Of a stretch of 64,000 bases of DNA, positions 11,703 to 23,000 are shown in pieces; the stretch's first letter is position 1; every line of letters begins with the position of its first letter. The DNA is taken from positions 806,001 to 870,000 of the forward strand of contig LSRY02000024.1 in assembly GCA_001643675.2 (NCBI GenBank), in the 5' to 3' direction. This stretch comes from Monocercomonoides exilis PA203 (taxonomy: Eukaryota > Protista > Preaxostyla). A program made the position numbers and the translations under genes. The notes under the pieces are model-generated. The model saw nothing but the letters and a program-made list of their open reading frames with translations, did not search any database and was not told the DNA's origin.

Positions 11703-13034
11703 TTCTGAAAAAAGTATGTTGAAAGAAATTCAATAATCATGAATTCAAAAGCAAGAATGAGTACAAACCATTGAACCCTTTTGTAACGCTCGTAGCCTGT
11801 TTTTTTAAAAATGCATTGCAGCCAAAATACAACATATTTTCATCATTCGCATTGAATTCGCATTTCTTTGGATAGATGAAATGGACGGAAAATAAAAAAC
11901 TCAGAATAGTCATATAAATATACGATTTCATACTGTTTTTTCTTGTGCTAACATTTTTGACAAAGGATGATAAAGATTAAAAAATAAGGATTTGTTGATT
12001 ATTTGTTATTTATTATGGATTAAATGATCGAATGATTCTCTTTGAACGATATTAACCATTGGAAAGATGAGAGATCGGCAAACGTATATTTTCTACAATG
12101 TGTGCGATTTTATTTTGTGTGGTAGTACGAGACAGCGACATTGAGGAATTGATAATGGAATTGTCCAAGATGATTTTTATGAAAAGCGTCTTTGAAGGAA
12201 ATGCAGCAATTTCCGAATATTTGAAAGAAAATTTATTGATATTGGTATGTTTTTATAGTTCTTGTTCGTTGAGAAGATAGTTTTATTCATCACTTTTCAG
12301 AGTGCAAGAATCTGATAATATATTTATATGACCATTCCTTTGCTTTTCTGAGGAGAACATCAGAAGAGAGCTCTGCCGAGAGACAACCAGAAGATGGGAA
12401 TTGCTTATTTTTTGTATTCAATTGGAATTGGAGATGAAAACAAATTTAATGAAAAGCATTTGGATGAAGGGGAAAAAAGAAGAGGTGTATTTCAAAGAGA
12501 AAATAAAATGCCTAATTTTGGAAATATACTTGATCTCACATCGCATATTAAAAATCTACTGATGCACAAACAAGTTACCCAACGTTAATGTATATCTTTG
12601 ATGAAATGGAAACAAAATTCTGAAATTCAAAGAATTCTACCTCATTCTCTTTTTATCCATTCAAAATACTTTGATTCAACTGAACGAATAATAAACAGAG
12701 TGAGCTAACGCACTGATCAGAAACATATAGAAAGAAAACATCAAGAAGAAATTGAAAAATGTTGTTTCAAATGCAAATAGTTCTTTTTTTGAAATTTTTC
12801 AATAAATACATTTTATTGTCAAAATAAAACAACAATCACCAAGATATAATAATTCTAATAGTTACAAAGTGTAAGTTTTCTCATTTCAAACTGATTATGA
12901 TCCCGAGAATTTCTCATCAAGAAATCAAAACGAACAAAACAGTAATTATCCCTTAATAAAATATATCACAAATAAATACAGTTATGGGAATGTATTAATT
13001 TTTTGATTATTTTGTTGAAAGGACAATAAAACCT

Positions 13035-13505
13035 ATGTGTGATATCACTGAAGAAGATTTCGCGAAAATTTCCGAGCAATCTATTGGATGTTCGCCTGCA
13101 GAAGCAGGAGATTTGAAGAAGAACGGATTTATTGTGTTGAAGGGTCATCCCGCAAAGATTGTGCAAATTGCTATTACAAAAACTGGGAAGCATGGGCACG
13201 AAAAGGTGAGTCTGACTGCCCTGGACATTTTCACAAACAAGAAATTCCAGGGAATGTTTCCAGCTTCAACGCGCGTGATGGTACCAGAAGTTGAGAAAAA
13301 GGACTACCAGGTTTTGGACATTCTGGAAAACAACGAGCTTAGCTTGTTGGATGACGAATTCAAGCAACGGGAAGATCTGGATGTGGAGGATGAAGAAATG
13401 GCAGAATCTATTCGTGAAGCATTGGATGAAGGAGACGACGTAGATGTATCAGTGGTGAGTTCGCTTGGGCAGGAGAAAGTTTTTGCAATGCGCCGCCGAA
13501 AATGA
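13035..13505 (+). CDS. EIF5A: Translation factor eIF5A (divergent)
   Basis: LKKNGFIVLKGHP.KIV, KTGKHGH hypusine loop, DIFT.KK, VP.V...DYQ; 156 aa, intronless. Confidence 0.93.
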   Translation: MCDITEEDFAKISEQSIGCSPAEAGDLKKNGFIVLKGHPAKIVQIAITKTGKHGHEKVSLTALDIFTNKKFQGMFPASTRVMVPEVEKKDYQVLDILENNELSLLDDEFKQREDLDVEDEEMAESIREALDEGDDVDVSVVSSLGQEKVFAMRRRK

Positions 13506-15414
13506 GCGCAGATTGGAGCTTGGATAAAGGCGAAAAACGAAAACAGCAAGCATTTTGGAGCGACAGAAGTTGCAACTGTTATTCCGTGAACCTTTCGCTT
13601 TCGCTGGACATCTAAGCTCAATTGTGTTTTTGATTTGATAGTTAAATTTTCCGGTTGGCTGGCCATTCCCTTTTCCTTTCGTTTTGCATTTATGATTTCT
13701 TTTCCAGCCTATGTTTGGATGCTGGTTGTGAGGAAGCTTATAGGCAAAGATTCTAAATGGACGAAATTGGAATATTGTTATTTGATTACTTCTCCTGGCA
13801 TATTGTTATCCACCCAGCTATCCACGTTTATTTTACCTTTTTATTGTGTTTTTTTTATTGTTTTGGTCAATGCTAGTGGCTGTTGCTTGGTGAAAGTGCA
13901 ACGATGATCGATTTGGATTCTGCATTATTTCAAGTGAGTTTGTTGTAGATGGTGTTTTGAAGAAGGACAAAAGTGCTCACAAATATTTTGGCTCTGAGAA
14001 AGCAAATGCATTCATTTTCGCTTCTGCTTGAGAATGATTTGAGGCACAATTGTCATGTCTCTATTCAGTTGTTAAGTTTCTCATTTTCTTCCCTTTTTCT
14101 TAATTATTTTCTTTTTGAACTTATCACTTGAACTGCTGTCTTTCTATTTTCTTTTTCTCTGGATTCTTATTTCCTTTTTAATTTTTTTTTTGAAGCTATT
14201 TCCGTTGATGTTTGCATTGAATCCGGAACAATGCCAAGCATTGGGAAATAGTTTCATTTTTCTTTTCTTTCTTTTCTTCTATCATCTTTACTTCTTAAAA
14301 TTTTCTCCTATTCTAATAATTCATTTTTCTTATCTTCGTTTTTGAAATTGTTTTGTTATTTTGGATGAGACTGACTGTTATTGCCTCAAAGAAGGCTTAT
14401 CATTTGCTATCAAAGCGAATTCTCTTTTCTGTTAAATTTTTCTGTTTTGCTTTTCTGTTTATGTTATTTTATTTGCAGCTGCAGTTTGTAATTTGATTTT
14501 ATAAGTTTTGTTTTAAGAAAAGCCAGACAGAGAAAGAAAAGAAAGAAGAGAAAGAGCAAGAAAGGCATTTGAAGGATGTGGTGATTGATGATGAGGAAAG
14601 AAGAACATTGGAAGAGAAAGGTGAAAAGAGAATTGCTGAGATGGCAACGCTTCTTTTATATGAAACCTCCACATGTTGTAACTGATCAAATTGCTGATTG
14701 TTTGGAAGGTTTGTCTGTTAGCTTTCAGTTTAATGACTTTTTTTATTTGATTATTTTGAACCTTTTTCATTTGAAACGATGTCTAATTTTGATGCATTTT
14801 ATTGTTTTAGTTCTTCATTGCAGGTTGGAATTGAAAGAGCAACTGATTTGCCTCTGCATTTGCTTTTGCACTTTTTTTCTAAGCATTCACCACCTGCACC
14901 AAACAGCAGCAGCTCAAAATTAACAGGAGAAGAAAATTTAGAATTGTAAATTTTATTTTTTTGTTTTTAATATAAAAAATTAATGGACTTTATTTAATTA
15001 AATAATTCGTTTATCGCATATGATTATTCAAAATGGAAAATTTGTGGTTGAGTTCTTTTGATTTTGTTCACAAATTCGTTTTTCTCATAGTAATAAACGT
15101 GTCTGACAATCACACTGGATGAAAACCTTCGATCTTCTGAGAAAGATTTTTTCGAATATTTTATATATTTTGAAAAATGATTTATATGTTGAAATTCATT
15201 TTGTCGTTTGAAAAACAAACTTTTCATATTTCCCACTTAAAAAAGGAGAAGAAATAAATGGAAGAAAAAGAAATCGAAACTAATTGAATGGTATATATTT
15301 GGGGAAAAAAGTGTAAGTTCGAAATTTATTTGTGGAACGAGAAAAATTGAAACGTTTTCATATTTTATAGTGGTTAGATCAAATTAGTTGTTTCAATTTT
15401 AGCATTTTCTAGAA

Positions 15415-18400
15415 ATGACTTCGACCTTCTTGCCTTTTTTACAGATGATGCGGCAAAAAAACCACAGTGAAAAATCCTTTGATTCGGCAAGAATTCCCCA
15501 TACTATCGTTATATCGAATGGATTAATTACCAATTGGTATTTTGTTTCTCAGAAAGACGGGAGTTTAATGAAAAAGAAAAAAATGCATCTTACTGTTCAA
15601 GAAATACAATCTGAGTTTGCCAAAATACCGCATTCCTTTGGAATTATTGCATATTTTGAAGGCATATTTCCTGAACTTGCTGAAAGCTCTACAGCATCAG
15701 CAATCGGAAGTAAAGGAATATTTTTTACTGAAGAAGAACTTAAAAAATTTTTGAAAAATTTGGTTGATGTTAGCGGTCTTCTTCAAGTCTTTATTGATCC
15801 ACAAGGAATAAGTAATAAAACAATAACTGTTGAATGGACGCCTTCTCTTTTCATATGTGAGGAAAAAACTAATCAATATCTGCTTAGCGATGATGTTGAA
15901 CCAATACAAAAATGCGTAACTTTCCAAGGCCCTGACTATTTGACTTCTTCAAATCTTGTCACTTCAGCTGCCTATAGAGCAAGAATTTCATCATTGTGCT
16001 CAACAATATGCGAGCACGTGGAATGCGTTACAAATGGACAAAAAGCAGTTCAACGTTTGACACTGCAATTTAAGATTGATTCAAGTAAGAAACTGTGGTT
16101 AATTTGGGTATCAAATTTTTTTTTGAAGCCTTCAACAACGAAAGTTGGGGTAAACCCACAAAACACAACATTAGAAAACAGCAAGCAGGCAAAGCGTTCA
16201 ACATCATCTTCATTGCCTCCACTTCGCCCGGATTCCCAAAGCGAACAGACACCTCAGTTTTCGCCATCATCTGCACATCAATCAAATTCATCTCATTCTT
16301 CATCCATTTCAACACTTCAACAATCAAATGCATCCACTTCAATCATTTCACCTATTCCTTCTGGCACTCCTCGCTTCACAACTCGCTCTTTCTCATCGGC
16401 CGCATCAGATGCTCATTCAACATCATCGTCATCTCCAGTTTCATCATCATCATCATCTTCTTCTTCTTCTTCTTCTTCTTCTCATTCTTCTTCTTCTGCT
16501 TCTGCTTCAACTCCAATCCCCAGCGAGGCCTTGGTGTTTGGAGGCATTCAGAATGATGACAGAGGTCTGAGCTCAAACGCCCGCCGGCAGAAGAGCCAGC
16601 GCAATGCAGTCTCTCCCATCCGGCTGTATTCATCGATAACTCTGAGAGCATCCACCCAGTCACACCACGAATACTACACACAACACGTTCACCGCTCTTC
16701 TACTTCCTCTTCTTCTTCTTCTTCTTCAAAAACTGGGAAAAAAGATGGCAGTGCTGCGAGCCAACACGCTAATCCATCTTCTTCTTCGCCAAATTCTGAG
16801 CACTTTGGTGAAAGCTCCTCTTCTTCTGTGTCTTCAGCAGAATTCTCGCAGTCAGCACGAAGCAGCCGCCAAGAACTTCCAAGCAGCAGCAGATCTGTCC
16901 CAATGAAGGGCAAAGAGAGCAAAGAAGCCCGAGAGAAGCAGCGTGAAGAGCGGCTGAGGCAGATCCGGAAGGAGAAAGATCCAAACACAGTCATCCGCAC
17001 AGGGCCGTACAAGCGGCCGAAGACGCCCTCAGCACAGCTGGTGGAGAGACTGACGCAGCTGAGCCAGCCATCGACGATTGTGATTGGAGTGGCGAAGGGG
17101 AGGATGCTTGGAGCATCAAGTGCATCGAGTGCATTTAATGCTTCTTATGCATCATCAGGAGCAGGAGCAGCAGGAGGAACGGCAGCATATTATTCAACAT
17201 CATCAGCAGCATCATCAGCATCATCAGCATCATCAACAGGAGAAGAAGGAGAAAGAACACGTTCAAACAGCACATTTGCAGAAGAGAGAGCATTCGACAT
17301 GCAATGTGGAGAAGGCAAAGGAAGGTACTCTCAGCAGCCAAGCACAACAACCACCACCACCACAAACACAAACGCAATTGCATCTTCTTCCATTCAGAAC
17401 AGCTCTGATCGGAACATCCAATCAACATCCGCACTTTCATCGAGAAGAGGGAGTGTGTCAGCAGAGCCCCGCATCATATTCACCGACGCCGAGGTGAAGA
17501 GACGGAGGCATTTGGCAGAGATTGAGGAGAAAGTGAAGAAGGCGTTTGCAGCTGATCCGTATGCGAAAGAACTGGAGCTGTCGGAGAAGAGGCAGAAGGA
17601 GGAGAGGAGGAGAGCGAGGGAGGAGAGGATGAGGAAGGAGAAGGAGAGGAAGAGGGCGAGGGAAGAGGAGAGGGAAGAGAGAGAGTGGTTTTTGAGGCAG
17701 CTGAAGGGGGAGAAGGAGAAGGAGAAAGAGGAGGAGAAGAAGAGGCAGACTGGAAGAAGGAGTGGAGGAGAAGGAGGAGAAAGAGAAGAGGAAGAAGTTG
17801 ATGATAATTATGATGATGACAATGATGGAAGAAAGATGAACAAGAGGCAGAGTGAGAAAGAGGAGGCATTTCACAAAGGAAGATCACAAACATCGATGGG
17901 ACTGACACGAAGCAAAGGAAATGGCAATAACAGCTATCGATCAACAACATCACCGTCTTCTTCTTCTTCTTCTTCTTCAAAAACAAAGCAGAACAATCAG
18001 AATTCTCCAATATATAGTTACTCAATGCCTGCAAGATCTTTACGCTCAACTTCATCATCATCATCATCATCATCTTCTTCTTCTTCTTCTTCAATAAGAT
18101 CTTCTTCTTCTTCTTCGAGGCCACCCACACGAATTGAACCAACAATGGACAAAATTGATGAAGCATCAGAAGAAGGAGAAGAGGAAGAAGAGGAAGAGGA
18201 AAGAGAGAAAAGAGAGAAAAGAGAGAAAAAAGCGAAGGAAGAAAGAGGAGAAGAAAGAAAAGAAGATGAAGAAGAAGTTGAAGTCAAAGAAAGATCTTTT
18301 ATGAGAATAGAAATTGAACAAAATGATAACAAAACCGAAGGAATTGAGAAAGAAAAGGAAGGAGAAAAAGAGGGAAAAGAGGGAAAAGAGGGAAAAGATG

Positions 18401-19890
18401 AAGAAAAAGAAGAACCAACAAGTGAAAGAGACAGTTTTAATCATTCATTTTTCGCTGGTTTTGATGAAGAAAACACTGAAAATGAAGAAAATGAAGAAAA
18501 TGAAGAAAACGAAGAAAAAGAAGTGATAACATCGAGTGATGAAGAGAAAGAGAAAGAGAAAGAGAAAGAGAAAGAGAAAGAGAAAGAGAAAGAGAAAGAT
18601 GAATTTGATCAAAAAGCCGCAGACAAAGTGGCAGAGAGAATTTCAGTCATTTTGAAGGAGTCAAAAGAGAAAGAGGAGAAGAGGAAGAGAGAATTAGAGA
18701 GATTGAAGAAGGAGAAAGAGGAGAAGGAGAAGGAGAAAGAAAAGGAGAAAGAGAAGGAGAATGAGGAAGAGAAAGAGAATGAGGAAAGAAAAGAAGAGAA
18801 AAGAAAAGAAGAAGGAGAAGAAGAGGAAGAAGAGAAAGAAGAAGAAGAGAAAGAGAAAGAGAAAGAAGAAGCAGAAGAATTAGCCAAGAGAATATCAACA
18901 ATTTTGAAGGCATCAGAAGAAAAAGAGAAGAGAAGGAAAATTGAACTGGAAAGGATTCAGAAAGAGAAGAGGGAGAAATTAGAGCAAATGAAGAAGAAAG
19001 AAAAAGAAAGAGAAGAAAGAGAAAGTGAAGGAGAAGGAGAAGAATATGAAGGATATGAAGAAGAGAGAGGAAAAGAAAGAGAAAGAGAAAGAGAAGAAGA
19101 AGAAGTTGTGAAAGAAAGAAGTTTTAACAAAGCAAAAAATACCGAAAATCAACAAGAAAATGGAAAAGAAAGCAAAGAAGAGGGAAAAGCAGATGAATAT
19201 GATGAATATGCAGATGAATTTGAGGATGAAGAGGGAGAAGGAAATGGAGAAAAGAAGAAAGAAAAGAAAGAAGGAGAAGAAGAAATAAAAGAAGAAGAGG
19301 AGGAAGAAGAGGAAGGAGAAGAAGAAAATGAAGACGAAGAAGATAATGTTGAAGAAGTAGCAAGAAAAATTGATTCAATTTTGAAAGAGGCAAAACAAAA
19401 AGAAGAGAAAAGGAAAGAAGAATTGGTAAGAATACAAGAAGAAAAGAGAGAGAAAATGAGAAAGAGAAAAGAAGAAGAAGAAGAGAAAGAGAAAGAGAAG
19501 AAGGATGATGCTGAAGATGATTATGAAGCATATGACGATGAAGAATTTGACAAGGGAGAAATGAATGAACAAAGAAGTGATGAACAATTGAATCAAAATG
19601 GAGAGAATGAAGAAGAAGAGGAAAAAGAGAAGGAAGAAGAAGAAAGAGAAGAAAGAGAAGAAAGAGAAAGAAAAGAAAAAGAAGAAGAAGAAGAAAATGG
19701 TAACCGTGAAGAGGATGTTGATTCTGTTGAACAAGAAATTGATGATTTTGGATATGCAAAAGAGGAAGGCATGGAACAGCCAGAAGGATCAGATCAAGTG
19801 AAAGTGGAAGACGAAATTCCTTCTCTTTACAGTAGCAAAAGCAATGAAGATATCCCTCTTAATGAATATGAAGACGATGAATGGGGATAA
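15415..19890 (+). CDS. Hypothetical protein: about 240-aa globular N-terminal domain followed by Ser-rich and Glu/Lys-rich coiled-coil regions
   Basis: 1491-aa open frame with a complex N-terminus (WYF, LLQVFIDP, CVTFQGP, FKID..KKLWLIW). An upstream exon is possible. Confidence 0.8.
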   Translation: MTSTFLPFLQMMRQKNHSEKSFDSARIPHTIVISNGLITNWYFVSQKDGSLMKKKKMHLTVQEIQSEFAKIPHSFGIIAYFEGIFPELAESSTASAIGSKGIFFTEEELKKFLKNLVDVSGLLQVFIDPQGISNKTITVEWTPSLFICEEKTNQYLLSDDVEPIQKCVTFQGPDYLTSSNLVTSAAYRARISSLCSTICEHVECVTNGQKAVQRLTLQFKIDSSKKLWLIWVSNFFLKPSTTKVGVNPQNTTLENSKQAKRSTSSSLPPLRPDSQSEQTPQFSPSSAHQSNSSHSSSISTLQQSNASTSIISPIPSGTPRFTTRSFSSAASDAHSTSSSSPVSSSSSSSSSSSSSSHSSSSASASTPIPSEALVFGGIQNDDRGLSSNARRQKSQRNAVSPIRLYSSITLRASTQSHHEYYTQHVHRSSTSSSSSSSSKTGKKDGSAASQHANPSSSSPNSEHFGESSSSSVSSAEFSQSARSSRQELPSSSRSVPMKGKESKEAREKQREERLRQIRKEKDPNTVIRTGPYKRPKTPSAQLVERLTQLSQPSTIVIGVAKGRMLGASSASSAFNASYASSGAGAAGGTAAYYSTSSAASSASSASSTGEEGERTRSNSTFAEERAFDMQCGEGKGRYSQQPSTTTTTTTNTNAIASSSIQNSSDRNIQSTSALSSRRGSVSAEPRIIFTDAEVKRRRHLAEIEEKVKKAFAADPYAKELELSEKRQKEERRRAREERMRKEKERKRAREEEREEREWFLRQLKGEKEKEKEEEKKRQTGRRSGGEGGEREEEEVDDNYDDDNDGRKMNKRQSEKEEAFHKGRSQTSMGLTRSKGNGNNSYRSTTSPSSSSSSSSKTKQNNQNSPIYSYSMPARSLRSTSSSSSSSSSSSSSSIRSSSSSSRPPTRIEPTMDKIDEASEEGEEEEEEEEREKREKREKKAKEERGEERKEDEEEVEVKERSFMRIEIEQNDNKTEGIEKEKEGEKEGKEGKEGKDEEKEEPTSERDSFNHSFFAGFDEENTENEENEENEENEEKEVITSSDEEKEKEKEKEKEKEKEKEKDEFDQKAADKVAERISVILKESKEKEEKRKRELERLKKEKEEKEKEKEKEKEKENEEEKENEERKEEKRKEEGEEEEEEKEEEEKEKEKEEAEELAKRISTILKASEEKEKRRKIELERIQKEKREKLEQMKKKEKEREERESEGEGEEYEGYEEERGKEREREREEEEVVKERSFNKAKNTENQQENGKESKEEGKADEYDEYADEFEDEEGEGNGEKKKEKKEGEEEIKEEEEEEEEGEEENEDEEDNVEEVARKIDSILKEAKQKEEKRKEELVRIQEEKREKMRKRKEEEEEKEKEKKDDAEDDYEAYDDEEFDKGEMNEQRSDEQLNQNGENEEEEEKEKEEEEREEREERERKEKEEEEENGNREEDVDSVEQEIDDFGYAKEEGMEQPEGSDQVKVEDEIPSLYSSKSNEDIPLNEYEDDEWG

Positions 19891-20080
19891 ATAATTTCAT
19901 TTTTTGAAATTATGTTACTTAAAAACAGACATTTTCTTTTTTGTTGTTGTTGTTCGTTATGGTCATTTTTATTTTTTACATTTTTGTTTCGTTAATTGTT
20001 AAATATGTATGCTAATATTTATTAATGTTTTTGTTAAAAGTCCCATAACCATGAATAGTTAAAAGAAACTTTGCTTTTGT

Positions 20081-23000
20081 ATGAGCGATAATCTAAAAGA
20101 TGCTGGAAATTATAATTCACTAACTACTCCTATCGATTCCATAACAATAGGAATTGGTCGTTCTTCATTTTCAGCCCTTGAGCAATGGTTTGAAAATATC
20201 TTTTTAAAGATTATCATTATTTGCATTTTTATAATTATTCAGGGTATTTTCATACTTTTGGCGATTTTCAGTGGTTTGCACATTTTTTAATATTCAATTT
20301 ACTCTTATTAAAATGCGATTTTTCATGTAGCAAAATCCTTTTTATACAGACTTTCATATTGTTTCACTTTTGATAATTACGCTTCAATGGATTGGATTCT
20401 CGATTCGCTCAAATCCTTGGCCCTTACATAACGCTATATTTCAATCAGTTTACGATTTTTTTGCGTTTGCCTTTTTTTCATTTATACATTAAAAACATAT
20501 TTTTTCACGAACATGTTTTTTGTTTGCAGCTATCTGGATTTTTCGATATCCTGGAGAAGCCAAACATTTAATTTTGTTTTGTTTGTAATTGTGAGCACAA
20601 TCATTGTCCTTATTTGTGGAATTATTATTGCGGTGAGTATTATAGATAAACAAAAGATAAAAATTCCAGACATTCTTATGGCGTTCACATGTGGATTTGT
20701 TAACATTTGCTCGACTCTATTTTTTATTCCGTTTTTGATCTCATTGATGGGATGGACAACTTGCTGGACTGGGAACAGTGCTTTAGATTGCTCCACTAAT
20801 AAAGAAATTGTGACTTTAGTCGTCTCACTGATCTTTTTTGTGCTTTGGGGTTGCTTTGGCAGTATGTATGGTTTGTTTATTTTCTTCCCCGATTTGAAAC
20901 GCGACAAGCCCTTCGGGTCGCGCAACGGCTCATCTGGCTTTGTCAGGTCGCTTGCCTCTGCTCTGATGGTGCTGGTGAGTGGGCTGACCACAAGCGCCAC
21001 AGGTGTCTGTGTCTCGTGCTGTGGTGCAATTCTGACTGGAATCAGAATCGTCTGGATTTTGGGGGTGGGGCCGTACTTCAACATCGAAGGCAACGTGATT
21101 GAGGCGTCTCTGAGTGGGATAGTGTTTGTCGTGCATTTGGCAGGGTGTTTTCTGGAAGTGCTGAATCCAGGCGGCAAAAGAGGCACACCGCAGTTTCTAG
21201 CAGAGATTCCCTCTCATCCATCGACCTATTTTGGAAGTCGGGTGCTGAGCGGAGGGGAAACCGTAGTGTTCTGGTGTGTGGTGGGTGTGCTGGTTGTTGG
21301 GTGTGCTCTGCTTTGTGGATGGGGGTCATACATGATGCAGAAGAGAGGGATGGCAATGGACGAAGGAGAGGAGATGCCTGTGATGCCTATTTCCAAACGA
21401 AAGAAGAAGAAGAAGAAGACAAAATCGAAATCAAAGACGAAGCAAAGGGGATCACGCTATCCAACACGCTCTTCTTCATTTGCTAACACACTGCCGTTGA
21501 GCCAAAGCAGCAGCAACTTGTTAGGCAAAGTGTCCATCTGCCAATTGGACAGCAATTCGTCCCGCTCAAGTTTCCCACAGCTGCTTGCGGGTGTCAGAGA
21601 AGGCGCTGCAAATCGCCGAAGCACACCAAGAATTTCTCCGAATGTCCGGTCGTTGTCATTCGCATCTTTGAGCAGAGCCACCCCACCGCTTGTGCAGAAT
21701 GGAATCCGCTCGTCTTCTTCTTCGCAGCTCAGAACATCCAGCAAGCAGATGGTTCTGACCAAGCCCCTGACTGAAGGAGAAAGTGATATGCACACACCTC
21801 TCTCTCCTTCTGCATTTGCTTTGATTTCGTCGCCTGCTGAGTCCACATTCACTTCTACTTCGACTTCTGCCTCATTCACACAGAGATCTGCTACTTCTCC
21901 TTCTGAAGACGCGTTTCCTTCTCTTGGCCAGACGATTACTCATACCATTTCACCACTTCACCAGAGCATCACAAAAGCAGAACATTCACATTCTCATTCA
22001 CGTCTGAATATTGCAACACAGGAAGATAAAGAACCTATTTCATTATCATCTTCTTCTTCCTCTCATTCTTCCTCTTCTGATTCCTCTTCTGATTCCTCCT
22101 CTGACGATTCTTCAGATTCAATTGAACATTCCCCAACTGCTTTCTCCACTTCTGAGGCATCTTCATCTCATCTGCTGTCTGAACAGCAGAATCAGTCTTC
22201 ATTTCAACAGCAGTCAAATATGACTGAAAAAGAAGAAGAAGAAGAAAGAAAAGAGCATTTTGTGCAAAAGACTCATTCTCTTTTTCATCTTCCACTTCCA
22301 CTCATAAACAACAGCCAGAACAGAAACTCTTCTTTTTCCTCATCCACTTCAACAACACATCCTGTGAACACACAAACATCACCTTCATCCTCTTCTTCTT
22401 CTTCAACATCCTTCTCTCCAACTTCTGAAAAGCACCACGCCATCTCCAAATTTATTTCATTCAATCGCCCGCCTCCTCTTTTGTGTGCTCAAATATCCAC
22501 TCCACTAGACAATTCATCTGCATCATCATCAACACATCCTTCGCAAACACTCTTAACAGCCACACCTGCTGACTCAACTGGAAATAAGGCTCCTTCACAA
22601 GACATCACTCACGAAGACCAGCAAAAGCCAAATTTGCCCTCAGATTCTTCTGCTTCTCTCTCAAAATCTGCCTCTTCTCCTCCAAAATCCACACTCCTTC
22701 CGCCACGCACCCTCACCAAATGCACCTCCCTCCGCTCGCTTGTTGCTCTGCTTCGCTTTCTCAACAGGAAGCCGCTGCGCCGCCGGGACGAGTGTCTTCG
22801 GCTGGCTGAGGCGATCATCCTGAGGGCAGAGAAGTATCTGGGGGACTCCACATCGTACTGGCTGTTTACGGCGTTTGTGTACAGAGACTTCTTCAAGTCG
22901 CGGCAGATGAAGTTGGAGGCGATCGCATCTGCGCTACACACACTTCACGACTTTGGGCAGCGGTTTGTGTTGTACTGCATGCAAAGGCAGGACGATGAAG

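Noticed and set aside
13510-14930. Exon-like fragments downstream of eIF5A
   Set aside because: No consistent spliced frame could be built; possibly gene debris
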